A DNA stretch of 64,000 nt from an uncultured Oscillibacter sp. (lineage in GTDB: Bacteria; Bacillota; Clostridia; Oscillospirales; Oscillospiraceae), in contig CAJUDW010000011.1 of NCBI GenBank assembly GCA_910584995.1, positions 644 to 64,643 of the forward strand. The letters run 5' to 3'. A program made the translations under genes and the position numbers. Shown here one piece after another: positions 50,387 to 59,797 of this stretch (its first letter is position 1; every line of letters starts with the position of its first letter). The notes under the pieces were generated by a model. The model saw only the letters and a program-made list of their open reading frames with translations. It did no database searches and was not told where the DNA came from.

Positions 50387-52147
50387 TTATTTAATGGTCT
50401 TTGCGCCCACTTCCTCCCGCAGCAAGGCGGCGAACTGCTCCAGGGACATAGCCCCCAGATCCTCTCCGGAGCGGTGCCGGACGGAAACCGTCCGGTTCTC
50501 CACGTCCCGGTCGCCTACCACCAGCATATAGGGGATCTTCTCCAAAGTGGCCTCCCGAATCTTTTTGCCAATCTTCTCGTTGCGGGTGTCGGTCTCCACC
50601 CGGAAGCCCTGCCGATCCAGACTGGCAGCCAGTTCCGCGGCGTAGCCGTCCGCCCGCTCGGTGACGGTGAGGATCTTTACCTGGATGGGGCTCAGCCAAG
50701 CCGGGAACGCCCCGGCAAAATGCTCGGTAATCACGCCGATGAACCGCTCGATAGAGCCCAGCACTACCCGGTGGATCATAACGGGGCGGTGCTTCCCGCC
50801 GTCCTCGCCGGTGTACTCCAGTTCAAACCGCTCGGGCAGCTGGCTGTCCAGCTGGATGGTGCCGCACTGCCAGGTCCGGCCCAGGGAGTCGGACAGGTGG
50901 AAGTCCAGCTTGGGGCCATAGAACGCCCCGTCTCCCTCGTTGATGACGAATTCCTTGCCCATACCGGTGATGGCGGCCTTCAGGATGTCCTGGTTCCGCT
51001 CCCACTCCTCCACGGTGCCGATGTGATCCTCCGGCATGGTGGAGAGTTCGATGGTGTAGCTGAGGCCAAAGGTGGCGTACACCTCGTCAAAGAGACGCAC
51101 GGTCTCCTGGATCACGTCCTGCATCTGGTCCCGGGTCATAAAGACATGGGCGTCGTCCTGGCTGAAGCAGCGGACCCGGAAAAGGCCGTGGAGCGCACCG
51201 GAGAGCTCATGCCGGTGGACCAGGCCGATTTCGCCTACCCGCAGGGGCAGTTCCTTGTAGGAGTGGGGCTCGCTGGCGTACACCAGCATCCCGCCGGGGC
51301 AGTTCATGGGCTTGACAGCAAAATCCACCTCATCGATGACGGTGGTATACATATTATTTTTATAGTGATCCCAGTGGCCGGACCGCTCCCACAGCTGGCG
51401 GTTCAGCATGATAGGGGTGGAAATCTCCACATAGCCGTACTTCTTGTGGACCTGCCGCCAGTAGTCCAGCAGGGTGTTTTTCAGCACCATGCCCTTGGGC
51501 AGGAAGAAGGGGAAGCCGGGCCCCTCGTCCCGCAGCATAAACAAGCCCAGTTCCTTGCCCAGCTTCCGGTGATCCCGCTTCTTGGCCTCCTCAATCCGCT
51601 GGAGATAGGCGTCCAACTCGTCCTTCTTGGGGAAAGCAATGCCGTAGATCCGCTGGAGGGTCTGGCGGCTGGAATCCCCCCGCCAATAAGCGGCGTTGCA
51701 TGCGGTCAGCTTCACGGCGTTCCCCTTCACCCGGCCGGTGGAGTCCAGGTGGGGCCCGGCGCAGAGATCCGTGAACTCCCCCTGCCTGTAGAAGGAGATA
51801 TGGGCGTCCTCCGGCAGGTCGTTGATGAGTTCCACCTTGTAGGGCTCGTCTTTCTCCTCCATGAACTTGAGGGCCTCCTCCCGGGGCAGTTCAAACCGCT
51901 CCAGCTTCAGCTTCTCCTTGCAGATTTTCCGCATCTCCGCCTCGATCTTCTCCATGATCTCTGGGGTAAAGGGGAAGGGGGAGTCCATATCGTAGTAAAA
52001 GCCCTCGTCGATGGAAGGCCCGATGGCCAGCTTAACCTCCGGATACAGCCGCTTCACGGCCTGGGCCAAAATATGGGAGCAGGTATGCCAATAGGTCTTG
52101 CGGTAGGTCTCGTTCTCAAACGTATACTGGTTGTTTTCTTCTGCCAT
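50387..52147 (-). CDS. thrS: Threonine--tRNA ligase
   Basis: HTCSHILAQAV, DLCAGPH, RDHRKLGKEL, KPMNCPG, RHELSGALHGLFRVR, GAFYGPK, HRVVLGSIERF. Confidence 0.97.
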   Translation of the reverse strand: MAEENNQYTFENETYRKTYWHTCSHILAQAVKRLYPEVKLAIGPSIDEGFYYDMDSPFPFTPEIMEKIEAEMRKICKEKLKLERFELPREEALKFMEEKDEPYKVELINDLPEDAHISFYRQGEFTDLCAGPHLDSTGRVKGNAVKLTACNAAYWRGDSSRQTLQRIYGIAFPKKDELDAYLQRIEEAKKRDHRKLGKELGLFMLRDEGPGFPFFLPKGMVLKNTLLDYWRQVHKKYGYVEISTPIMLNRQLWERSGHWDHYKNNMYTTVIDEVDFAVKPMNCPGGMLVYASEPHSYKELPLRVGEIGLVHRHELSGALHGLFRVRCFSQDDAHVFMTRDQMQDVIQETVRLFDEVYATFGLSYTIELSTMPEDHIGTVEEWERNQDILKAAITGMGKEFVINEGDGAFYGPKLDFHLSDSLGRTWQCGTIQLDSQLPERFELEYTGEDGGKHRPVMIHRVVLGSIERFIGVITEHFAGAFPAWLSPIQVKILTVTERADGYAAELAASLDRQGFRVETDTRNEKIGKKIREATLEKIPYMLVVGDRDVENRTVSVRHRSGEDLGAMSLEQFAALLREEVGAKTIK

Positions 52148-52176
52148 AATAATCCTCCTTGTAATTAAGGGGTAGT

Positions 52177-52415
52177 GCAAAAAACCACCCCTGACGGGAA
52201 ATCAGGGGTGGGATACAAAGCGTATTCCACGGTTCCACCCTGCTTGCGTCCTGGGGACGCCGCTCGTGTCCTCTGTAACGGGAGGGCCCGTCCCAGCTTG
52301 TTTCGCCGGGCGGCTCGGGAGTGGTACAGCCGCAGGCAGCCGTGGGAGCCTCACAGCAAACGGCCCCTTCTCTGAACGTCGCCCTGCGGGTTCTTCCCCG
52401 TCTTCGCCATTTTAT
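52177..52415 (-). ncRNA. T-box riboswitch leader (Thr specifier ACC) with attenuator terminator
   Basis: AGAGA and GCTGTGA stem I motifs, specifier region gtACCactccc, T-box AAGCAGGGTGGAACCGTGG (52245..52227), terminator ccacccctga...tcaggggtggtttttt; promoter TTGACA-N17-TAGACT at 52453..52425. Confidence 0.92.
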
Positions 52416-52585
52416 AACGAGGCCAGTCTAGCATCTGCGCAGGTTTTTGTCAAGGGGAGAATCGCCGGGAAACCGCCCCCTCCTGCCGCCGGAACCCGGG
52501 ACAGCCCCACGGCCGCGGATTGCGTATCCCGGCCGGCTGTGCTATAATTGGAGAGGAAAACCGAAATTTGGAGGAAAGCATCCAC

Positions 52586-53004
52586 ATGATCGGCTTACAG
52601 GACAAAAACAGCCGCCCCACCTTTGAGGAAATAGGTGAATATGCGAGAAATCCCTTTTTCATGGAATTCTGCCGGGAAATCAAGGCCACATATGCATGCG
52701 GCGAAAAAATAGAGTACAGTTCATGCAGCTGGGAAAGAGGCTGGAACGTCAAATTTAAAAGGCGGGAAAGGGCCTGTGCACCATATATCCCAGGGAGTAT
52801 TACTTTACCGTTATGATCGTGATTGGCCTAAAGGAAAGGGCCTTGGTTGAAACGATCCTGCCGGAATGTACGGTTGAACTGCAAAGTATCTGTCGGCAGA
52901 CGCAGGAGGGCAACGGGCAGCGGTGGCTGATGATTGATCTGGAATATCCGGGGCCCCTGTATCACGATCTCCTGCGCCTTATCCAAATCCGCAGGAACAG
53001 CTAA
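52586..53004 (+). pseudogene. DUF3788-like protein with a one-base frameshift
   Basis: ...WERGWNVKFK continues in the -1 frame as KAGKGLCTIYPREYYFTVMIVIG...QRWLMID; one A is missing in tttaaaagg (~52757). Confidence 0.75.
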
Positions 53005-53141
53005 AGGCCGTTTGCGCTTCTCAAGCAGGGCTTACCGTGGGGCGGGGAAATTTTCCCCGCCCCACGGCCTGTTAAACAGCCGCCCCCATGAAGGCAGCTG
53101 AGGCCCCCGTCACCAAGGCGGGGAAATTTTTTCCCGCCCCT

Positions 53142-53170
53142 TCAAACTTTTCTCCCCGCTCCGCCGTCTA
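53142..53170 (+). promoter_or_regulatory. ECF-type promoter, probably autoregulatory
   Basis: tcAAAC-N17-CGTCta upstream of the ECF sigma gene, matching the AAAC/CGTC pattern of SigV/SigW-type promoters. Confidence 0.65.
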
Positions 53171-53262
53171 TCCTATAGACGCCGCCCCAGCAGTCCCACC
53201 GGCGCCGGGCGGGACGGCGGATTTCCCGGCCTCTTCCGAGACCGGCAGAAAGGAACAAGGAT

Positions 53263-53748
53263 GTGACAAATGTGACAAAGGAAACACTCCTGACCCGCTA
53301 CTTGGTAGAGGAGCAGGCCCGGTTCTACCGGATAGCCTACGGCATCCTGCAAAACCGGGAGGAGGCGTTGGACGCAGTGCAAAGCGCCGTCTGCCGGGCC
53401 CTGGAGCGGCAGGACAGCCTTCGGGACACCGGGGCGGTCAAGACCTGGTTCTACCGGATCCTGATGAATATCTGCATGGACACCCTCCGCCGCCAGGCCC
53501 GCACCATGCCTCTGCCGGAGGACGGGGATCTGGCCTGGGAGGATCCAGAGCCTGCGGACGATTCCCTGACCCATCAGGTAGACGCCCTGCCTCCGGAGAT
53601 GGGCCTTGTAGTAAAGCTGCGGTTTTACGAGGAACTGTCCCTGCGGGAAATCAGCCAAACCACCGGGCAAAACATCAACACTGTAAAAAGCCGTCTGTAC
53701 GCCGGTTTGAAAAAGCTGCGCGTCGCTATGGAAGGAGCGGAACTATGA
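53263..53748 (+). CDS. ECF sigma-70 factor (SigV-like)
   Basis: FYRIAY...ALDAVQ, KTWFYRILMN.C.D, LRFYEELSLREIS...NINTVKSRLY.GLKKL. Confidence 0.9.
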   Translation: MTNVTKETLLTRYLVEEQARFYRIAYGILQNREEALDAVQSAVCRALERQDSLRDTGAVKTWFYRILMNICMDTLRRQARTMPLPEDGDLAWEDPEPADDSLTHQVDALPPEMGLVVKLRFYEELSLREISQTTGQNINTVKSRLYAGLKKLRVAMEGAEL

Positions 53749-54596
53749 ATAACGAATTTAAAAACGCCAAAGAGGCTTATGACGCCACCCCCATCCCCCC
53801 GGAGTTGGAAGCCCGTGTACAGCAAGGCATCCGGCACGGGAAAGCCCTTTACAAGTCCCGGAAAAACAGGGCTTTCCGCCGCCTGACCGCTACCGCCGCC
53901 TGCTTTATCCTGGTGCTGGCGGGGCTGAACCTGTCCCCCGCCCTGGCCCATGCCGCCTCCAATGTGCCGGTGCTGGGAGGGCTGTTCCGGATGCTGACCG
54001 TTACCAACTACAATACGTCCGAGGACGGCATCAACTATGACGTGAACGTCCCGGAACTGGAGGCTGACGGCACGCTGGCCGAAAGGGTCAACGCCGCCAT
54101 CCAGGAGAAGGTGGACGCCCACATGGCCAAGGCCCGGCAGGACTGGGACGACTACCGGGACGCCTTCTTCGCCACCGGCGGCACCGAGGAGGACTGGAAT
54201 GGTCGGGAGATGGACGTGATCGTGGATTACGAGATCAAGAGCCAGACAGACACCCGGATCTCCTTTGTGGTGACTCTGGCAGAGGGCTGGGTCGCTTCCA
54301 TGGAAGAACGGTATTACTACAATCTAGATATCGCGGCAGATCGGGATGTGACACTCCAGGATCTCCTGGGAGAAAACTGGGTGGAGCGCTGCAACGCCGC
54401 TATCCAATCCCAGATTGACGCCAGCGTGGACGGGGAGGGCTTCAGCCTGTTCTTTGCTCCGGAGGATGGCGGTTTCACAACCGTGGATGCGTCCACCCAG
54501 TTCTATATCCGGGAGGACGGCACGGTGGTAGTCGCCTTCCCCCGCTACAGCATCGCCGCCGGTGCGGCGGGCATCCCGGAGTTTCCGATTGCATAG
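53745..54596 (+). CDS. Anti-sigma factor (RsiV-like, DUF3298-type)
   Basis: ATGA coupling to the sigma gene; K..Y...PIP.EL, TM, NLSPALA.A..NVPVLG.LFR; C-terminal FYI..DG.VVV.FP.YSIAAG..G.PEF.I. Confidence 0.82.
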   Translation: MNNEFKNAKEAYDATPIPPELEARVQQGIRHGKALYKSRKNRAFRRLTATAACFILVLAGLNLSPALAHAASNVPVLGGLFRMLTVTNYNTSEDGINYDVNVPELEADGTLAERVNAAIQEKVDAHMAKARQDWDDYRDAFFATGGTEEDWNGREMDVIVDYEIKSQTDTRISFVVTLAEGWVASMEERYYYNLDIAADRDVTLQDLLGENWVERCNAAIQSQIDASVDGEGFSLFFAPEDGGFTTVDASTQFYIREDGTVVVAFPRYSIAAGAAGIPEFPIA

Positions 54597-54623
54597 CCTA
54601 TCTGTACAGGCAGCCTCTCCCGC

Positions 54624-54657
54624 CAGGGGCCGGAAAACAGCTGTTTTCCGGCCCCTG
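54624..54657. terminator. Perfect 34-bp palindrome after the anti-sigma gene, likely a terminator
   Basis: caggggccggaaaacagctgttttccggcccctg. Confidence 0.6.
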
Positions 54658-54913
54658 TAATTTTGTCTGCCCTTTTGGTTTCCTGCCTGCGCTAACGGGA
54701 AATCTCCTGATTGAAACGGATTTTCCGGCGCGCCGCTGTTTGGAAAAAGCTTTCCGTGATGCCGGGCGGAGCCCAGGATGCTGCGCCCGAAGGCACGTTT
54801 TGGGAGGCGGCGTTTAGGCCGGAGGCGGAAAGCGTGTTTTGATACGCCGGGAGGGCGGGGATGATATCCCCGCCCTCCCTTGGTAACTTTTGAATGGTAC
54901 ATCCACCGCTGTT

Positions 54914-55693
54914 TTAATCGTCTGTGATGGTCGTGGTGGTAATGGTGGCGGAAACGCTGATGGAAGCGGAAACCGACACGCTGGAAGAAACCACGTTGCC
55001 GGACACGCCTGCAGAGGGCTTATCCGCCGGGGCATCCCCGCCTTCGTCCCCCTTCTCCCATTTGTCGAAGAGATCCATCACCGCGTCATAGGTATCCTTT
55101 GTGATATCCGGCAGGGCGCCGCCCCAGGACTTGGTGGCCGCCTCAAAACCTTTGATGAAGGCATCCTTCAGCAACCCGATTTTCTCAGGATTGCCGCCTA
55201 CCAGGGCCTTACCGAAGTCCACAATCCGCTGGGAGGTCTGCTTGACACCCCAATAACCGTCCTCGGAGATGGCTTCCTGAGCGGCGGATTTGATCTCCGG
55301 ATCCACGGTGTAGTCGCCCTTGGCAATGGTCTGCCAGAACGCGTCGTTGTTGTCGGAACCCTCGGCCCAGGCAACCTTCACCCCCTGCTTGGACAGCATA
55401 TCCTTCACAGAATTGATGAATCTCGCCTGAATCTGGGCCTGCTCTGCCTTCAGCTGGGCCACCAGCTTCTGGTTGGGCTTATAGATCTTGCCGGTGCTGT
55501 CGTCAGGGGTCTTGGCCTCCTCTTTTTCGCCGGACTCAAAAGTATCCACGTCAGGCTTCTGGGTCTCCTGTCCGGCAGCCGCCGAATCCTTGACCTCTTC
55601 GGTCTCCTCCGCCGCGGCGGCCGGGGCGGGTTTGCCTGCGGCGTCCACCGCCTTCTGATAACCGGGGTTTACCAAGCCAATCAAATCTACCAT
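54914..55693 (-). CDS. Conserved-looking hypothetical protein (DUF5610-like), putatively sigma-28 regulated
   Basis: Core AQEAISEDGYWGVKQTSQRIVDF.KAL...KGF..A...WGG.LP.I..DTYD.V; Ser/Thr-rich tail; GGAGGAG RBS. Confidence 0.75.
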   Translation of the reverse strand: MVDLIGLVNPGYQKAVDAAGKPAPAAAAEETEEVKDSAAAGQETQKPDVDTFESGEKEEAKTPDDSTGKIYKPNQKLVAQLKAEQAQIQARFINSVKDMLSKQGVKVAWAEGSDNNDAFWQTIAKGDYTVDPEIKSAAQEAISEDGYWGVKQTSQRIVDFGKALVGGNPEKIGLLKDAFIKGFEAATKSWGGALPDITKDTYDAVMDLFDKWEKGDEGGDAPADKPSAGVSGNVVSSSVSVSASISVSATITTTTITDD

Positions 55694-55787
55694 ATCAAAA
55701 ACTCCTCCCTGTTTTTTCTCCCGGCGTCCTTACCAGGATGCACGACGCTGCCCCGCCCGGAGGCGGAGAGTATCCTTCTGTTAATTT

Positions 55788-55814
55788 TTATCGGCAAAAA
55801 TCCTGGAAAATTAA
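55788..55814 (-). promoter_or_regulatory. Sigma-28 (SigD/FliA) promoter
   Basis: TTAA-N15-GCCGATAA on the minus strand. Confidence 0.75.
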
Positions 55815-56012
55815 GAAACCCCTACATTCTTTTTCCAAAGAAAGCAGTAAAAACCGGCCCGTTCCGGGCCGGTTTTCAGCGTATCCAAAAAAGATGTTTC
55901 TATTTTCTCACAGGGCCCTGTACCTCGGTCGTCCGCCCCGGCGGGCAGTCCCAGCCCGCTTCCTGTACGGTGTTTTCCACAGGAAGCACTTAGGGGCCTG
56001 TACGGCGGCTTA

Positions 56013-56996
56013 TTAGAACCAGCCGAAAAATCCGGCGGGCTCGGCCTCCCCCTCCAGGAGCGTCCTGGCAGCGGAGAGCATCAGGGCCGCATCTGCCCGG
56101 GTCACAGGGGCCTCCATGGTCCCGCTGCCGAAGCTGCCTGCGGACAGCACGCTGACAGCCTCCATGTTCCCCACCGCCTGGGCCGCCCAGGAGGGCACCG
56201 CCTCCCGATCCGCGTACCAGACGTCCAGATCCACATCTCCCAAATCCAGCACCCGATCCAGGATTGTGGCCGCCTGGCTGAAGGTAATGGCGTCTCCGCC
56301 CCGGAAGGCCGCGCCCTCCGCCGTGGCGCTCCCCTGGACGATGCCCTCCGCAACACCTGCGGCGGCGTAGGCCTTAGCCCATGTGGGGATGGCCGCGTCA
56401 TCACAGAACCCCGTCATGGTGACGGCAGTAACCTCCCGTCCGGCAGTCTCCATCACCATAGCCAGGAACTCGCTGCGGGAGACAGGCCGGTCCGGCTCGA
56501 AATAGTAGTGTTTCCCGATTCTGGCCCCGGTGAAAACGCCGGTCTCCGCCAGTTCCTGGGCTGCGGCAGCAGCCGCGCTGCCCTCCATGTCCTTGTAGTC
56601 CACGCCGGACTTCGTTTTTTCAATGGTAACGGTGACTGTGGCCGGAAGGGATGTGTGTCCGGCGCTGTCGGTGGCGGTATAGGTGAATTTGTCACTGCCG
56701 GTAGTCCCCTCGTCGGGCGCGTAGGTGAAGCTGTCGTCCGCAATCACCACAGTGCCCTTTTTCGGCATGTCCTCCAGAGCGAAGGTGACGGCTTCCCCCT
56801 CCTTGTCAACGGCCAGGAACTTGGCCTGATAGGGCACACCCCGGTAGGTTTTGATCTCCAGATCCTGGGCGGCCGGCGCCCCCGGTTCCGCCGTCTTTTC
56901 CGTTTTCTTCCCAAACAGCGCCGAGGCGCTGCCGCTCAGGACCAGCGCCGCCGCCAGAGCCAGGGCGGCTGTACGCTGCGCGTAACGATTTTTCAA
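56013..56996 (-). CDS. Secreted Ig-like (Big_9-type) plus SLH domain protein
   Basis: Signal peptide; P.KGTV.I....FTY.P.....GSD.FTYTATD..G..S..ATVTV; SLH motifs FEPDRPVSRSEF, F.DD.AIP.WA and VTRADAA. TTG start after AGGAGG. Confidence 0.82.
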   Translation of the reverse strand: MKNRYAQRTAALALAAALVLSGSASALFGKKTEKTAEPGAPAAQDLEIKTYRGVPYQAKFLAVDKEGEAVTFALEDMPKKGTVVIADDSFTYAPDEGTTGSDKFTYTATDSAGHTSLPATVTVTIEKTKSGVDYKDMEGSAAAAAAQELAETGVFTGARIGKHYYFEPDRPVSRSEFLAMVMETAGREVTAVTMTGFCDDAAIPTWAKAYAAAGVAEGIVQGSATAEGAAFRGGDAITFSQAATILDRVLDLGDVDLDVWYADREAVPSWAAQAVGNMEAVSVLSAGSFGSGTMEAPVTRADAALMLSAARTLLEGEAEPAGFFGWF

Positions 56997-57099
56997 GTGG
57001 CACTCCTCCTGTATCAATAAGGTACAGGCCTATTGTCCGCCGGTTTCCAAAAATTATTCCCGGCGGGAAATTTTCCGCCGGGAATTTTGCAGGCACGCC

Positions 57100-58287
57100 C
57101 TATCGCTTATAACGGTTCCGCCGGTCCAGCAGGGCCGACCGCATCTTGATGCCGGACACCACCCCCATGGCGGTGAACAGCGTGACAATGGAAGACCCGC
57201 CGTAGCTGAAAAAGGGCAGGGTAACGCCGATGACCGGCATGATGAAGAGGCACATGCCGATGTTGATCACCGTCTGGTAAATCAGCATGGCGGCAATGCC
57301 CACGCAGACATAGCAGGAGAAGGAGGTCTCCGCCCGCCGGGCCACCAGCAGCACACGAAAAATAATCGCCGCCAGCAGAATCATAATCAGGAGGCACCCC
57401 ACCAGCCCCAACTCCTCCCCACAGACGGAGAAGATCAAATCCGTCCGCCGGGCCGGCAGGTTAGTGGATTCGGCACTCTGGGTCTGGAGCCCGCTCATGT
57501 ACCCCTGGCCGAATACGCCGCCGGAACCGATGGCCAGCAGGCTCCGGGTCTGCTGCCATCCCGCCCCCTGGACGTCGTAGCTGTGGTCGAAAATCACCCG
57601 GAACCGCCCCTGGATATATCCCGGCAGCAGTTCCAGCGTCCAAACCAAGGCGGCAGCAGCCGCCCCGCCCCCCAGCAGCAGCACAAACCACCGCAGGGCG
57701 AAGCCCGCCACAAAGGCCATAAAAAGGAAAATGAAGAAAAAGGTCAGGGCGTTGCCCATGTCCCCGGAGATGACGGTATAGTACCCGATCAGCGCCAGGG
57801 CGTGCCCCCCCACAGACAGGGCCGCCGGGAAGGATTTCAGATCGTTCTTCTCCTCCCGCAGCCAGGCCAGCTGCTTGGCCAGCAGCAGCGTGAAGGTGAT
57901 TTTCACCACCTCCGCCGGGCCGATCTGGAAGGGCAGGAAGGGCAGCGCCAGCCAGGCCTGGTTGCCGGTGGTGCTCTTGCCCACGCCAAGGGGCGTCAAC
58001 AGCAGGCCGATAAAGACGATGTTAAACACGACCAGCCACTTCCACCGCTTCATCACCGCGTCCAGATCCAGCACGGACATGAAGATATAGGCGAAAATGC
58101 CGATCACCAGCGCCATCCCCTGGACGCCCACATACCGCATCATCCGGTCAGGGGCAGGGGTCAGGAAATGGGTGGCGCTGGCAATCAAGGCCATGCCGTA
58201 CAGGGTGGCGGCGCAGCAAAGCCCCAGCAGCACCAAATCGGCCTGCTGGAGGAAATCCGCCAGAATCACTTTCAGTCTTTGGGTCAT
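57100..58287 (-). CDS. FtsW/RodA/SpoVE (SEDS) family protein
   Basis: W..LP..QIGPAEVVKI, GDMGNAL, GWQQ..S..AIGSGG..GQG, TDLIFSV.GEELG..G, PVIGVTLPFFSYGGSS. Confidence 0.92.
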   Translation of the reverse strand: MTQRLKVILADFLQQADLVLLGLCCAATLYGMALIASATHFLTPAPDRMMRYVGVQGMALVIGIFAYIFMSVLDLDAVMKRWKWLVVFNIVFIGLLLTPLGVGKSTTGNQAWLALPFLPFQIGPAEVVKITFTLLLAKQLAWLREEKNDLKSFPAALSVGGHALALIGYYTVISGDMGNALTFFFIFLFMAFVAGFALRWFVLLLGGGAAAAALVWTLELLPGYIQGRFRVIFDHSYDVQGAGWQQTRSLLAIGSGGVFGQGYMSGLQTQSAESTNLPARRTDLIFSVCGEELGLVGCLLIMILLAAIIFRVLLVARRAETSFSCYVCVGIAAMLIYQTVINIGMCLFIMPVIGVTLPFFSYGGSSIVTLFTAMGVVSGIKMRSALLDRRNRYKR

Positions 58288-58472
58288 GACTTGTCCCTCT
58301 TTATCCCGGAAAAACCAACGTGCATTTATGGAGTATACCATAAATACGAAAGAATGTAAACGCCGGAACACGGTTTTCCTGTACACGGGCCGGAGAATGT
58401 GGTATACTATTAGTCTGACAATCTGAATCCAGCCGGGTTCCGGCAGCATATTTTTCAGGAAGGGGCGGCAGC

Positions 58473-58907
58473 ATGGCAGAATATCTCTCTCACAACGAGG
58501 CGGAAACGGAGGGACTGGGCCGCCGTCTGGCCGCCGTTCTGACCCCCGGCGCGGTGGTAGCCTACCGGGGCGGCCTGGGCATGGGCAAAACTGCCTTCAC
58601 CCGAGGCCTCGCCCGGGGCCTTGGCTGCGCCGGGCGGGTCACCAGCCCCACCTTCACCATTGTCAACGAGTACGAAGGCGGGCGGCTGCCCCTGTTCCAC
58701 TTCGACATGTACCGCCTGGAGGGGGCCGGCGACCTCTTTGACATCGGCTGGGAGGACTATCTGGATCGGGGGGGCGTGTGCGCTGTGGAGTGGAGCGAGC
58801 GGGCGGAGGAGGCCCTTCCGCCGGAGAAAATCGTTGTCACCATCAGCCGCTGCCCGGAGAATCCGGACTGGCGCACCATCGCTGTGGAAGGAGTGGAACT
58901 TTCATGA
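58473..58907 (+). CDS. tsaE: t6A biosynthesis ATPase
   Basis: GGLGMGKTAFTRG, VTSPTFTIVNEY, HFDMYRL, AVEWSE. Confidence 0.96.
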   Translation: MAEYLSHNEAETEGLGRRLAAVLTPGAVVAYRGGLGMGKTAFTRGLARGLGCAGRVTSPTFTIVNEYEGGRLPLFHFDMYRLEGAGDLFDIGWEDYLDRGGVCAVEWSERAEEALPPEKIVVTISRCPENPDWRTIAVEGVELS

Positions 58908-59608
58908 GAATCCTCGCCCTGGAGACCTCCGCCAAGGCTGTCTCCGCCGCCATTACCGAGGACGGGCGTGTATTGGCCTCCGGCTATCAGGACACCGGCC
59001 TCACCCACAGCCGGACACTGATGCCTATTGTAGAACATCTTCTGAAAAACACCGGCATGGCCCTGAAGGACTGCGGCGCGGTGGCTGTGGCCGCAGGGCC
59101 CGGATCCTTTACCGGCATCCGCATCGGCGTCTCCGCCGCCAAGGGGCTGGCCTTCGGTGCGGAACTCCCTGCCGCAGGTGTGTCCACCCTGGCCGCCATG
59201 GCCCGGAACGTATCCTTCTGGGAGGGCCTTGCCGTCTGCGCCATGGACGCCCGCCGGGGACAGGTTTACAACGCCCTCTTTTCCTGCGCCGGAGGGCAGA
59301 TTACCCGCCTGACGCCGGACCGGGCCGTGGGCCTGGATCAACTGGCGGAGGAACTGCGGAAGGATCCCCGGCCCAAAATCATCCTGGGGGACGGCGGCCG
59401 CCTCTGTGCAGGATATCTCTCGGAGGCCGGTATCCCCTGCCGCCTTGCCCCGCCCCATCTGGTGATGCAAAACGCCGTATCTGTGGCCCTGGAGGCAGAG
59501 GATCTGGCGGCAGCCGGAGGGCTGGTCCCCCCCCAGGATCTGGCCCCAGTCTATCTGCGGCCTCCCCAGGCGGAACGCCTGCGGGCAGAGGCCATGGGGA
59601 AAAAATAA
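58904..59608 (+). CDS. tsaB: t6A biosynthesis protein
   Basis: MRILALETS, THSRTLMP, GPGSFTGIRIG, MDARR.QVY, PVYLR..QAER. Confidence 0.95.
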   Translation: MRILALETSAKAVSAAITEDGRVLASGYQDTGLTHSRTLMPIVEHLLKNTGMALKDCGAVAVAAGPGSFTGIRIGVSAAKGLAFGAELPAAGVSTLAAMARNVSFWEGLAVCAMDARRGQVYNALFSCAGGQITRLTPDRAVGLDQLAEELRKDPRPKIILGDGGRLCAGYLSEAGIPCRLAPPHLVMQNAVSVALEAEDLAAAGGLVPPQDLAPVYLRPPQAERLRAEAMGKK

Positions 59609-59750
59609 GCAGGCAAGCTGCTTTGCGCCTTGTCCGAGAAAACTGCACGCAAGGTGTTTTTCCCGTACATACCACAAGAAAACCGTTTTTCATTTATTTC
59701 CATCTATTTGCCCCTGCGGGAGTGAACCCCGCGAGGCTTTCTTATACGGT

Positions 59751-59786
59751 AAAAGAGGAACGCGGGCTAGCCCGCGTTCCTCTTTT
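59751..59786. terminator. Bidirectional terminator (perfect palindrome) between tsaB and iolB
   Basis: aaaagaggaacgcgggctagcccgcgttcctctttt. Confidence 0.8.
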
Positions 59787-59797
59787 GTGATATCGCC

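Noticed and set aside
52750..52765. Programmed -1 frameshift at tttaaaa
   Set aside because: The run is not phased as X XXY YYZ in the reading frame (aaa ttt aaa agg), and no clear stimulatory structure follows.
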